Assembly: GCA_964035545.1 (NCBI GenBank) | Contig: OZ037767.1 | Span: forward strand, 29,032,628 to 29,096,627 | Direction: 5' to 3' | DNA: 64,000 nt | DNA from: Bugula neritina | Lineage: Eukaryota > Animalia > Bryozoa | In this document: piece by piece, positions 1 to 13,382 of the stretch | Numbering within the stretch: position 1 is the first letter of the stretch | Layout: each line of letters opens with the position of its first letter | Program-made: the position numbers and the translations under genes | The notes under the pieces: model-generated | The model's input: only the letters and a program-made list of their open reading frames with translations | Told to the model about the DNA's origin: nothing | Database searches by the model: none

Positions 1-1112
1 AGTACTGCATGTGTCAGCAATGTTTGTATCAGCAGTGTTTGTGTCAACAGTGTATGTACCAACAATGTATGTATGTATGTATACTGTATGTTGGCAGTGT
101 ATGTATGTGAACAAAAGACCAAATTGCCATGCCAATTATAACTGTCATGTAACTTAAGAACTTTTCTTGTGAAAAGTTTTAAAGTGTAACACACTGAGTA
201 CATGCCAGTCATACCGGAATAGTAACTTTGACACAAATTCTAGCCTAGTTCTAATTTCCTGCAGCATCTCTATACAAATTAGTTGAAGGGCTACACAGTC
301 TGTATGATATGTAGGAATAGAGTTCATTGACACCGTATGCTCCAGTTCTCAGGAAAAATCATTTGAATAGAGTTGGTAATAAACAGTAAAAATTATAGTT
401 AAAATATGTTTTGTGGTCAACTTATATAATTTAATTTGTAATATTCTGAATGGATCATTTATTTTATGACTAATCTTGCTACTTCAAACAGATTTAGCAG
501 TCTGGAGGCCTGAGAACAGTGTATTACAGGATATATTAGCATGTTAATCTCCCAACAGTAGCATTGTGTAGCATTTCTACCAGATAAACATGAGAAGAGC
601 AAATAACTATTCCTAATTACTGCTAGAGTCAGCCAAAGGTAATGTTTAGTAGGAGGGATAACTCCGTCATAGCCAGTTACTTGAGACTTGAGTTGAGAGT
701 CCGTATGGGTTATTGAAGACCTGCTTTAGCTTAGACTGTATTATTAAACCATCATAGTGTGATACATACAACACATATTCCACTGAGGTCTTCTCTATTT
801 TAAGAATATATTGCAACCATAACAGCTCCAGCCTTAACAGTAGAGCTCAGAACATCTGCACTTTAAAACACAGCTGTTTATCACCTTGACATAGATATAG
901 AGATTACACAGCCCTATGATGACAGTAGTATGAACTGCAGGTATGTATGTTACTTGTATATATTATGAGGAAGAGTTAGTAAGAGCTTCTGCACCAGGCT
1001 ATAAGTATATTTACTATACATTTGGAGGCAACTTGAACAACAGAAACAGTACAGCAGGAAGGGGAAGTGGACAACATAGCTACTCAACCAAGATGGCAGC
1101 AGTCTGACTCAC

Positions 1113-4100
1113 CGTGTTTGCTGCCGCTGATCGCCCAATTAGGATCCGATCGAATCTCGTAGGACATTTGCTGAGAGTGCCCTTCACCTTCGTAAGGTTG
1201 AAGGTCAGCGCAAGACTTGAGTTCAACAACCATCTCACACTCGCACAGAGCCTGCCAAGTGTTGGGTTTCAGTTCCGAGGAGAGAGAGTCAGGGGAGAAT
1301 GGGGAAGCCTGTTCGGTTGAGGTTTGACGAGATATGGACAGGGGTGACATAGGTATGCCTGACTTGATGTATCTAGTCATTATGAACTGAGTCTACAAGC
1401 AATCACAATGCATCGTTTGCATGATATAAATCTATAGTTTTACAGAAAAAATGGATTTAAATGCCAGAATAGAATATATTTTTAAAACCGAACTATTGAA
1501 GACGTCTGCTGTACCTTCCCTGTGACTCACCAGCACGATGTCGATGCTGACTTCCGTACTGAATGTGTAGAAGTCATCGGTCAGCGTCTCAGCCACCTTC
1601 TCTTGAAACTGCAAGGAGAACGAGCACTTTACAGAGTCCGTGATGACTGCATCAGCTTTCAACCTCCACAGAAAAGAGAGCTGGCTAGACCGTTTCAACG
1701 TCTGCAAAAAGAGAGAATGTTTAGACAGAGAAACATAGTGTATCAGATGTGTATTGGACAGAGTATGCAGCCTCCATACATGCAGATAACATGGTTCATG
1801 GTTAGACAAAGTAGTCACAGAACACTATCATTGTGGGATTATTTGATAAAAACAACTTAAAGCCTCAGTATTAGCTACAATAAACAGGTATCTGTAAGAC
1901 AAGATGCTATAATAACTGAGAGAGAGCTTACAGTAATAGGTTCTGCTCAATTACCCAACTAATAACAAACTAATAAACCAGTAAATATAGTACTTCACAC
2001 TCAACATCATTCAGTGTAGAATACTAAATTCTGAGCAACATAATTACATGCTAAATACAAATAATATAATTTCCATAGCCTTAGCCCATAGAAAACAGCA
2101 GTTTTGTTTCTTAGACTGAGATATTATCATACAGTAGCTGATGGTAGCTGTACCATTAGAAAGCTTGACTATACACAGTGCACTCATGTGACTCTATAAT
2201 GAGGGGTTTTCTTCTCTTACCCACAATGCATTGTCTGGACCGTTGAGGCTGGTAAATTCTAGACCACAGTCTGATTGCTGAGTGACTTCGAGGGACGGGT
2301 GCCTTATGCTGATGTCCCGACCTTCTACCAGGGAGAACACGGCTATTTGAATGAACTTTCTACAATAAAAACGAGCGCTTCATATAACAGTAATATATTT
2401 AAGAAAAGAAAATTGTATTGTAAAGTAACTTATCAATTGATTCGGGTGAATTATATTCTGGCATTACATGTGATCCTATACTTCATCATTATATTACAAT
2501 ATCACTAACAGATTACACCACGCACACACATATACCAGTATATTATGTTATTATAGTAATATACTTACTGCTCCCTGGCTGTATATACTTTGCTAGAGAT
2601 TTCTATTGGACAACAGCATTCAATAGTCTGAGATATGAGCAGTGTCTCTGCAGGTAGAGTGTAGTGTGGAGTACTTTCAAAAGAAAATTTCACCTGCAAG
2701 CAAACAGTAGACTTACTATTGCAGGTTTCACTGCCGTGACAATAACTCCATACGCCAAGCAAAGCAATGCTAAACTATACAATGAAATGCTATATTATAT
2801 TAAGCTATATTGTGTTATACTAAGCCCACCCCCCCCCATAGGCTATACTATACTGACAGCACCTTGGGGTTATACTATACTATATTATACTGACAGCACC
2901 TTGGTGTTATACTATACTGACAGCACCTTTGTGTTATACTATACATACTGACAGCACCTTTGTGTTATACTATACATACTGACAGCACCTTGGTGTTATA
3001 CTATACTATACTGACAGCACCTTGGTGTTATACTATACATACTGACAGCACCTTGGTGTTATACTATACATACTGACAGCACCTTGGTGTTATACTATAC
3101 ATACTGACAGCACCTTGGTGTTATACTATACTGACAGCACCTTGGTGTTATACTATACTATACTGACAGCACCTTGGTGTTATACTATACTATACTGACA
3201 GCACCTTGGTGTTATACTATACTGACAGCACCTTGGTGTTATATTATACTATACTATACTGACAGCACCTTGGTGTTATACTATACTATACTGACAGCAC
3301 CTTGGTGTTATACTATACTATACTGGCAGCACCTTGGTGTTATACTATACATACTGACAGCACCTTGGTGTTATACTATACATACTGACAGCACCTTGGT
3401 GTTATACTATACTATACTGGCAGCACCTTGGTGTTATACTATACTATACTGACAGCACCTTGGTGTTATACTATACATACTGACAGCACCTTGGTGTTAT
3501 ACTATACTATACTATACTGACAGCACCTTGGTGTTATACTATACATACTGACAGCACCTTGGTGTTATACTATACATACTGACAGCACCTTGGTGTTATA
3601 CTATACTATACTGACAGCACCTTGGTGTTATACTATACTATACTATACATACTGACAGCACCTTGGTGTTATACTATACTATACTGGCAGCACCTTGGTG
3701 TTATACTATACTATACTATACTGATAGCAGCTTGGTGTGATACTATTCTATACATACAGGCAGCACCTTGGTGTGATACTTACTGGCAGCAATTGAGAAC
3801 TTGGTGTGATACTCTTGGTGGTGGGTTGGAACTGAAACCTCACAGTAGTTGGAGATTCCGTAGAACTGTGCACCATTACGTCTGCCTGCGATGAAGTCAC
3901 ACTTGGCAGCTTGCCATCAACATCCTCGGAGCTGACCTGAGCAGTCAGCGAGTTGGTCATTCCAAGGAAGCAAATCTGCTGGTCCCCTGCAAGTCAAGTC
4001 TTTGTAGATCATACAAGAGCTGCACCCCGTGAACATACAGTACATATACTGAATCCATTAGCAAGGAAGTCAAAAGAGTATTGGTTTGCGTGGCTATTAA

Positions 4101-7100
4101 TATGTTATATACAGTTTACTGGAAGCTCACACAATGTATACCTGCAGAGGTTTGTACAGATGTACGTGTCTTACCAAATTCGACCTTGACCTTTGGTGGT
4201 GTAGAGGTACGGATACTGAATGCTCCGCCAGGCACATTGGAGTAGAGGTCAATACTCGACTTCTGCAGACGTATTTGATGCACCCTAAACTCGCCCATGC
4301 GAGGCTCCTTGAAAAACAAGATTAAACGCCACATTTAGTTAATCATAATGAGCAGAAGAACATCTGCCCCAGCTAATCTCTTTCTATATTTGTCTAAGAG
4401 CGGGAGACACACCTAAACAAGCCATTATTCTAGTCTGCGACCTTCACATTTCCAAAGGAGATGTCAACAATAACAGCTGGAAATGCACTAAAAAATCACA
4501 TAAATACCAGCTTCTTGCAGTTTTATATTCCATTAATGGCTCCATTACCCGAGAAAGTGGTCTTTACAAGTATAAAATTTAATAATTAAGTCTTCAAATA
4601 TGGGTTTAAGTCCAGGGCTTGCTAAGCCCGTAATTATCAGCCATACACAGCATATATCACACTGAAACTTCAGTTACACGATGTATTAGATACTTGCTAA
4701 GACATTTTATTGCCTTTGGCAAAAAAACTTCAAGAGATCCTCCTACACTAGCATAAAACTCCATTTTTTCAGTTTAGACTAAAGAGAAAAAAAAAACTGA
4801 AATAACAAAAATACCAGATAAGTAAATAGCAGAGTTCTATAGTCAAGCTATGCGGGTACCTGTAGCAAGAAAGTCAGCATGTTTCTACCGGGCTTGAGGC
4901 TGCCAGAGCAAATGCTGGCCACCATTTCCTGTTCGCTGTCTGTCTGTTCGACTTTGTTTTTGCTGAGATTACGAATCATGTGACCGGTGTTGTGGGAGTC
5001 CTTATGGGTGAGCAGTGAGTGCGGGTTGACACAGTCGAGACCGACGGATACGCTGCCGTCTTCCTGTTTCCTGTCATAGAACGGCGTGAGCTGGACAGCA
5101 GCGAATGATGAGCGACCTACCATTTATAGAACCAATTATATGCAGTATGACATATAAAAATGAGAAACAATAGCCAATAAGAGAGCGAATAGTTCACAAC
5201 TTAGTATTCTGTCTTATTCTATCACAAGAGAAGCACTACCTTCGGATGGGCTACAACACTGTGCAACTCAACGTGGTATACATGTCTGTGACAAGATGCA
5301 CTTAATCATGGAAAATGCAACTATATGTACAAAGAGTAATGAAAAATTATAATTTATTGTAACTATGAACATTAGCAGCAAAAATAAAATGTCAAATATA
5401 ATAAACACATTGTAATACAAATTTGGTATAAATATTATAAGATAAGTATTATAATATAATTATATTATAAACATTATAAATGAAGTATAAATATATTTGT
5501 TAGTTTATACAGAAGTTATGCAAATGCTTGTATTATAATTAAAACTACAACCAGAGGTAAAACTAGCCTGTAGCTACCTTTTTGAGATGACTTCGATTTA
5601 TCTGGATTCGTCTCCCCTGGTACATGAGGCTTGATGAGAAGGGAAAGAGTGTCGTATTCAAGAGAGATGGGCAGTTTGAAATCGGCTTGTACTTGTAGAG
5701 TAGCAGCGTTAGACTGAGAGTCATTGTGCACACTGACTAAGAGGAGGGATAGGGCGCAATCCTCCACCACCACCACTACTTCTACAGAAGAACCTGCGCA
5801 TGAAGTGAAACGGAGCAAAGTATCTGCCAATACATGCGGGCCTATAAATGAAAAATGTATATTAACACCCTTGAATAGTTTCAAACAGTGAAATATATAT
5901 GCACTATACACAAATATAACACAAATATAATGGTGTTTTAGGATTTGTCCCCTCATCAGCACAGAACAGAGTACCATGGTCTACACCTTCGCAATAATAA
6001 AAACTAGTGTTTTTGCCAAAACATATTTAAAAGGTATGTCAATTCAAGCCAGAGAGCTCAAGTTGCCTTAAGAGCTACGAGCCTTGCACAAATAACTATA
6101 TAGATGAATCAGTTTTTTTCCAAAATTTATGATTATTGATTTTGGATTAATAACACTTGCTATTCCCTCTAACATACTAGTTTTATATCACTACATATAA
6201 GTAGAAAATATTCACGCAAATATTTTGAATTCAAAAAAGTGATGAAAATGTAAAAGATGACATCATGCCTGTTATTAGACGGGGGGGGGGGGGGAGGGGG
6301 GGAAGCAATACCTTTGTTGCTGAGGGCAAAGTCCGTGATTCGTTGCATACAGGAAACTCTGAGACCTGAAGAGGCCCGGCTATGAGAGGCCACTTTGAGG
6401 GAGGCCCTGACGTAGGCACTGCAATGCCCCATCATCTGCTCGCACAGAGCTAGCTGGTTCCACGTGTCCACCTCTAGACTGGTCCACTGGTCGTTGGTGA
6501 AGAGTTGTAGACAGCTGAGGAGAAACGGCTCTGCTTGCTGCGGTTTCTTAGAGGCCCTTAGAAATGAAATGAGTTGATACTCTGCATTGAGTATATCATA
6601 ATATCATATTACATATTACGAGCATATGCAACTTGCTGTGCAGCCCCACTATTCTTATATATTAGTAATATGATGAAACATGTTTGATGATACTTGAAAA
6701 AAATTCGCTCAGCAAAAAGTGTAAATATTTCACAAGGAGTTTATAATTCACACCTGAAATTATTTAGGTTTAGGGTCACAAAACTAAGTAGGCAATAAGA
6801 ATATTAAGATTTCCCATTTTTAAAAGTTTTTTCCCTGATTTATATGATTTGTTTCTTAGTCATGTGAAAAAGAGGGCTATGTTTAAAAAGGAAAATTTTG
6901 TTTTTTAATATGCAGGAGAAGTGTAGAGAGAGGATATAAACAGAGATATCCAAAAATATAATTTAATGAAAACATTGTGAATATTATCTTTAGCTAAACA
7001 CGTGAATCAGAGATGAACATAAAAAATGAAAAGGATTATTTATCTTGGATATGGCCAGATAATCTTGTTATGTGGAAATATTAGATGAGCTAAACGAACC

Positions 7101-10100
7101 CTACACAGAGTATACACGAAACATACATATAAAGTAGTGTATAAATTCAAAACCTGCTCTTTAAACAATCAGTTAAGATGATTAATTGCAGTTAGCATTA
7201 TTTCGCAATGGATCAGTATGGGTTGGTTCAGAGATAAAGTAGGTAGATATGAACTGAGCATGCAGATGGCGTATGGCAGAAATACCATAGAGACACTTAT
7301 GATGTAGCTTCATGTACAGTATAGGTTAACATGGCGATAGTTGAGATTCACACACACCCCAAGTAGGGGTTTAGACTCACACACACCCCGAGTAGGGGCT
7401 TAGACTCACATGTAGAACTTAGCGAGTTGAAGACCCAGGATCTTGGCCATCCTCGTGTGTTTAATATACTTCAGAGTGCAGATGGTCATCTCCGTGAGCT
7501 CTACGTAGTAGCTACAGAACTCTTGAGAAGATGAGAGCACTCTCTTTAGACGATGTTGTGGGGTCAGCTCTGAGACACAGACTATATTTAGAGTAACGCC
7601 TTCCACATGAGTTAATAGCAGCTCTCTATCTAATAGTCCAGGTATATACTCTAATAGTTCAGGTACACAGTCTAATAGCTTAGATATACCGTTTATTATT
7701 AGATCGTAGTATATTTACTGGGCTGTTTTCAACAGCAGCTTTTTACATTTGAACTATCAAACCATTATTTGAGAAATTTTTGAGTAAAAATTCACACAAC
7801 AGGCCTAAAAAGGATAGGTTTACCCATCAAACAGTGTACAGGTTGTCTACTGTGTTTCACGGATTTATCAGCACACCTCATCTTAGAGGCTAACTGTTGG
7901 TGACCATCATGCTGACAACTTCGCAAACCATTTTGAACATTTAAAAAAATTAAATCTACATTTAAATTATTTGAAACTCCAAGCATTGTAATGAAATCAG
8001 CAATTAAGGAACTACTTTATAGACACAATTTAAATGACAATAACAAATATCACAATAATTGTGCACAAAACTTTCATCTTGAATTTTAAAAAGATGCATA
8101 TTTCTAATAAGTAATTTGATCTGCAATGCAAATTAAAGCTCAATTGAATATTTTTAAATAAAATAATAATTATAGCGACCTAGTTTTCAGATTAGGAGAG
8201 TATAACTCCAATAAGGATTTAAAGTAATTAGCAGTATTTGTATTTATGTGTGTGCACAAATGTTTGTGCGCATTTGTGTGTGCGCTTCTGTTCGTCTGCA
8301 ATTCTGACAATCCCATTTTATTTCTTATACACTATGACTCATAAAAAAAAATATTCTAGTGCTATATTTTGGTGGTTACAGACCAGAGAAATACAGACCG
8401 TTGTTGTAATTGGAGCCGTTAGAGATGCCAGAGATGAGTTGTACCACAGAGTGCAGCTCCTGGGATGTGGGAGCAGAACCCGGCATCAGCCCACCGAGGC
8501 AGCCGAGCTTGTACGTCTGCAGAGAGAGTAGAGGAAATATAGTCAAGTTCTGCAGCAGACACTCTCTTATGGGTGCATGCAGTGTCTCTCAGTCTAACTG
8601 GTTGTTTAATGAAAAGGTTCTCACAACTATATTCCTATGGGTTATGTACTAGAAGAATTTAAAACTTTTGTTAAATACAAACTGATAACAAAATGTAAAG
8701 CTATTAGGCAGACAAATGAATAAAACAAAAATATAATTATTTGCTGAAAACCTTTAAATAAAATTTAGCATGTTTCCTATGCCATAGTCTACAAAGGTTT
8801 GGTGGTTCATCACCCCCCCCCCACTTACCACAGACTGCAAGCAGGTCCAGAGGTGAGATGTGTAGATAGAGTATATCTCAATGTCAAGGTACTCCTTGAA
8901 AGTCTCACAGACTGAGAGTAACTCCTTGCAGGTAAGAAACACCCAGCAAGATACAGCGCCAGGGGGCATGTCCACCTACACATTCACAACTACAGTGACA
9001 TACCAAGATACAGCCAACCCCCATCAACTTAGTGTCTGCTCTAAGACAAGCCACTCGAAGATAAGTTATAACTTCACATTATGTCAAAGTTGACACACCA
9101 TGATACACGTAGAAAGTTAGCAACTAGCAGAAAATATTTGATATAATATTTTCTGATTGCTGGAAGTCAGCATCAAAATGTAAATTACACAAACTAAGAG
9201 CAACTCCAAGGCTTTTCTATGATCAAAAAGGTAAAATGGTAATCAATATTCAATAACATTGATTATTTAAAACTTTATTGAGTTTTGGATAAGTAATTAT
9301 GTTACTATCACCCTACCAGGTGAATGTAACTCCTAAAACTTAACACATAATATGTTATGACAAAGGTATAATAGACAGTACAAGATATATCACACAACAC
9401 AACACCAGAGTACAGTAGAGTAACATATGATTACAGTAACTAAACTCTGTAGCCTACTAACCTCCAGTAGCCTTAGCTCATGTATTGTATTATGGATAAA
9501 TTTCAGTGACCTGTCCGTCAATTCTGAAGGTCGTTCTAGCTGTATGAGAAGGTCACACTGACTGCTAAACATGTAGTTTCTCAGATCTGTGATATAAACA
9601 GTAATCTCTGATAGATACTTACTTATTACGGGAGAGTAAGTAAAACACCTACACTAACTAGAGATACTTACTATAATATGAAAGAGTAGGTAAAACACCT
9701 ACACTAGCTAGAGATATTTACTATAATATGAGAGAGCAAGTAAAACACCTACACAAGCTAGAAAAAAGGCAGATTTATAGTACAACATATTAGCTGATCT
9801 ACTTGGAGCAAAACCTAAATGGGGTTTCCCGTTAGTTAATTTATGGGAATAGCCAAACTTACTGACCTAATAGACTGGGTTTTCCTTCACTGATTAGCAT
9901 GCGGCGATAGAGATTGACATCTGTAGACATGGAGACTCCCTCCCAGCCACTAGCGAGCTCGCCATATGGTAGTAACCAACCAGCTTTGTCTATAAACATA
10001 ATGTGCATCCAGCAAAAGCTGTAGGAAACGCATTTACTGTCAAAGGACTGAAGAAAATACTATGAATTATCAGCAAAGAACAGTTTCAATAAAAAGCATT

Positions 10101-13100
10101 GAAGAAAGGCTATGAATTATTAGTCATAACCTGGTAGAGATTAATCAAAGAGCTGACTGAGAAAAAACTGAAAAGTGTTAGGGATGACTCAGAACATTCC
10201 GAAACAGCGGATGATGGAGAGAGTTAGCAGGTAGGGAAGTACAGCAGTAAAAACTTACCCCCAACTGAATGGTTAACCACAAACTGAGCAAACAGTGCAT
10301 CCAGTTCGTCATATTGCACTAAAGCATCCTCGTACAGCTCTATGACATTGTAAAACTTGGCCAGTGACTCCTGTAGAAATAACGAGATATCCCAGATTAG
10401 ACAAGAAGCTGTCTGTAGTTAGCTGAGTGCACTACTGCATATTTTGTGACTGTTGGGGGGGGGGGGGGTATTAGGTCCAGAGAAACAAACTTGGCTCCTT
10501 AGCAGGCTCAGGTTATACATTGGCATCAACATCTAGTATGTGATTAATCAAGGTCTAGATGATTGCCTCAACAGCTTGCATAAACAAACTGTTATTTATT
10601 ATTATTATTTATTGATGTGTTAGTGATTATAATTTCATACAGGAGACTATAAAATTAAAAGCAGTGACTTTAACTTGACTGCAAACTTTGTTGAATAAAA
10701 TTTAAAATATTAAAAATTTAAGTCATCACCTGTAACATGAAGTACTTAGCAAATGTCCAATCAGGTTTGATTCTCCTTTCTCGCTCTAACCTCATGGCGT
10801 CTTCGAACTTGGATATAGTTCTGCTGAACGAAGCGAGCATGAGCTCTTTGACTCGGGAGATAACAGAAGTCCATGCCTCTGATTTGAGATCATTCCGAGT
10901 TGGATCAGAGAATATTATACACCTGTAAATCATTACATAGCACACCATTTAGTGAGTCTAAACAAAAAATACCAAAATCTAGAAGAAAAAATTATGCCTA
11001 TTTTAACATGCTCGCATCATTAACCACATGCTTTGTCTTTTTTATGATTTACATAAAAACAACACCAGAACTTTAAAGGTTAGCTAAGTAAAGCGTATTA
11101 GAACAGAAGCTGCAGAAGTGATGCCTTGCAAATAGAAACAGTTGGCGACACGAAAAGAGACCATAACAAGAGAAGTGTTGATCATAATTTACCACTTGAA
11201 ACTGTCTTTTTTGGGGCTGTAGATAAAATGCTGACATAAAACAGCAGCAAAACATTCTTGCAAGCACACAAACTATTATTTTGGTATTATTGAAATATAT
11301 TATATTACATAAAAATAGAGTATTAGTGATATTTTTAGAGTAGTTGTGAAATTACTGTGCTGGTAATTTTACTCACCTATTAGAACTTCTAGAACCAAAT
11401 TCACTTTTTACTTTATCATAGACCGAGGTCCTGAGAATCTTATTCTTAACCTTATTCTCCTCGTGTTCAACAACAATGATTAGCCAATCAGGAATAGACA
11501 AAGCCCGCAGTGCGCTCCACCACATGAATAGGTCATCGTGCACCTTCCTCTTGTATGTTTCAATATCCTGAAGAGATAGCAGCAGACTTTCCTTAGTAAA
11601 AACTTAAAGTAACTTCTGCAAATGAGTGACTCATCTCTTCTAATTAGAAAGCAAAAGTCATTCAGACGGAATATTATGTGATAATAGTTACCAGCTTAGT
11701 GAAATGTTTAGGAGTGAATATGATGTCATAAGGAACAAATTTGGGAGACACTACAACATTTTACACTGTTTATTTAAGATTCAACTAAATTATCTTAGTT
11801 CAGAAAGTCATGATTATATTTTTACATTAGATATTTTGTGAAACTACACACAATCAAGCAGAAATGAAGTTGGATAAAGAAAGGGGAATAACTAAGATCA
11901 CAGAACAAAGTATGTACGTACACAGTCTATCCAGTATAGGTGTAGTACAGGGTCTTTGAGCAGACGATTCTCATCAAACTTCCTTGGGAGTTGATGGACA
12001 TCAAATGGAACAAAATGGCCACAAAGCCTCACTTTTCTGACTGGTCTACCATAGGACCTAAAATGTTACCAACTATAAGAAAAATTGAGCTATTTAAATA
12101 ATTTTAAGATATACAAAGAAAATTACAGCTTAAAATCATCATATAAAAAAATGATATTAGCGTGATTTAGTGAAGTTTCAACATCATGAGTGCAATTATG
12201 CTATTACGAACCTCTGCCATTCTGTTTTCTGAAGAGCTAGAGCATCAACAATGTGAGGATGAACACTGGCAAACAAAGACTGATTGCCAGCACCTGAATA
12301 AAATGATAAACAAATAAAATATACAGTCACTAATCATTACTACAATTACAGTATGACTGCAATGATCACCAGTATTATTAGCATTGTGAATACCTATAAA
12401 TGTATGTTTAAATTACGAGTTAAATTTAGCCTTTAGGTTTATTATTAATACTTTAATATAACTACAGCTAACTCATAATAATAATAATACTTTAATTTAT
12501 CGGCAATTACAAAATAATAGCAACTGGTGGCTATAATGAGTGTAACTATAACTATCAATATTAGTTATAATAAATATCAATACAAATTTAACCATGATAT
12601 ACATTGTACTTACTATTACTCCCAATGAAGTTAATAAATATAATGATTAATTTTTACCTAATCCTACAATTAATTACTTGATGAAATACTAAATACTCAT
12701 TTGTAATTTGTGAGGCAAAGATTCGGCTAGGTCTGGAACTTTAAATAAAAAATAAAAATAAATTCAATTTAATAGTTCGCTATAATTGTGTAATTGCTAA
12801 CTTTTAATTGAAGATTAGGTTTATTAATTTCAAACATCACCAAAATAAAAATCAAAATAATTATTAATTTATGATTATCAAATCCAATATAAATAATATT
12901 TATATTATTATTAAATTTTAGATTATCATCATGATTAAGATTGTAAGTTTAATTATTAAACTACAATTTGAATTTGATTATATTCTAAAATTCTATTTAT
13001 ATAATGATGTTAATTCCATTTATTTTTTTAATTATTTCACTTTATTGAAAATATTCCATGAAAATTAATAATATGATTATCAATATCATTAATCAATCAT

Positions 13101-13382
13101 TATGATTATTGATTATTATCAATATTATAAATTAAAATTTATCTACATTTTCAGTAATACTAGCCTACTAGTTACTATAAGTATAATTAGGTCTATTTAT
13201 ATTAGTAATACTAATAGTATAATTATTAGTATAAATTTTCCTATAGTATTACTATTAGTATTACTATTAGTATGTAAGTACAAGTTAAAGTAAAAGTTAG
13301 TTACATTTTGATTTTGATTTTGAATTACAAATTAGTTCTACATTTACTTACATGTTATGAGAGGACGGTCATCAGTTGCCAT
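1113..13382 (-). CDS. TRAPPC10: Trafficking protein particle complex subunit 10 (TRAPP II subunit, Trs130 homologue); multi-exon, 3' end lies outside the window
   Basis: Spliced translation MATDDRPLIT|CAGNQSLFASVHPHIVDALALQKTEWQR|SYGRPVRKV...PVLHLYWIDC|DIETYKRKVHDDL...DWLIIVVE...RTSVYDKVKSEF|...SFSRTISKFEDAMRLERERRIKPDWTFAKYFMLQ|ESLAKFYNVIELYEDALVQYDELDALFAQFVVN...DLRNYMFSSQC... matches the recalled TRAPPC10 N-terminus (KPIVTCAGDQ..EWRRSYGR..EDALVQYDELDALFSQYVVN). The last visible exon has YEIRSDPNWAISGSKHG. Approximate exons: 13352-13382, 12212-12293, 11922-12057, 11377-11567, 10730-10922, 10259-10370, 9867-9989, 9462-9586, 8829-8975, ~8400-8517, ~7410-7570, ~6312-6557, ~5578-5823, ~4860-5130, ~4175-4310, ~3784-3987, ~2568-2693, ~2221-2359, ~1515-1701, 1113-~1392. 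Confidence 0.95.
2843..3790. repeat. Minisatellite, ~27-37 bp unit CTGACAGCACCTTGGTGTTATACTATAC(TATA/ATA), about 30 copies, TRAPPC10 intron
   Basis: Direct tandem repetition; unit length varies with the number of internal TATAC pentamers. It explains the spurious ORFs at 2664, 3174 and 3622. Confidence 0.95.
7346..7410. repeat. Short tandem repeat (~29 bp, ~2.3 copies) overlapping a TRAPPC10 5' splice site
   Basis: GATTCACACACACCCCAAGTAGGGGTTTA-GACTCACACACACCCCGAGTAGGGGCTTA-GACTCAC. Confidence 0.8.
9612..9762. repeat. Tandem repeat, ~50 bp x3, TRAPPC10 intron
   Basis: AGATACTTACTATAATATGAGAGAGTAAGTAAAACACCTACACTAGCTAG-like unit three times. Confidence 0.8.

Noticed and set aside
1084-1112. 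TRAPPC10 terminating at the ORF-track stop (..ESDCCHLG*)
   Set aside because: A strong G|GTGAGT donor at 1112 and the missing conserved C-terminal segment indicate further exons outside the window.
2843-3790. CRISPR-like appearance of regularly spaced identical repeats
   Set aside because: The spacers are just TATAC variants rather than unique sequences, the context is a eukaryotic intron, and there are no cas genes.
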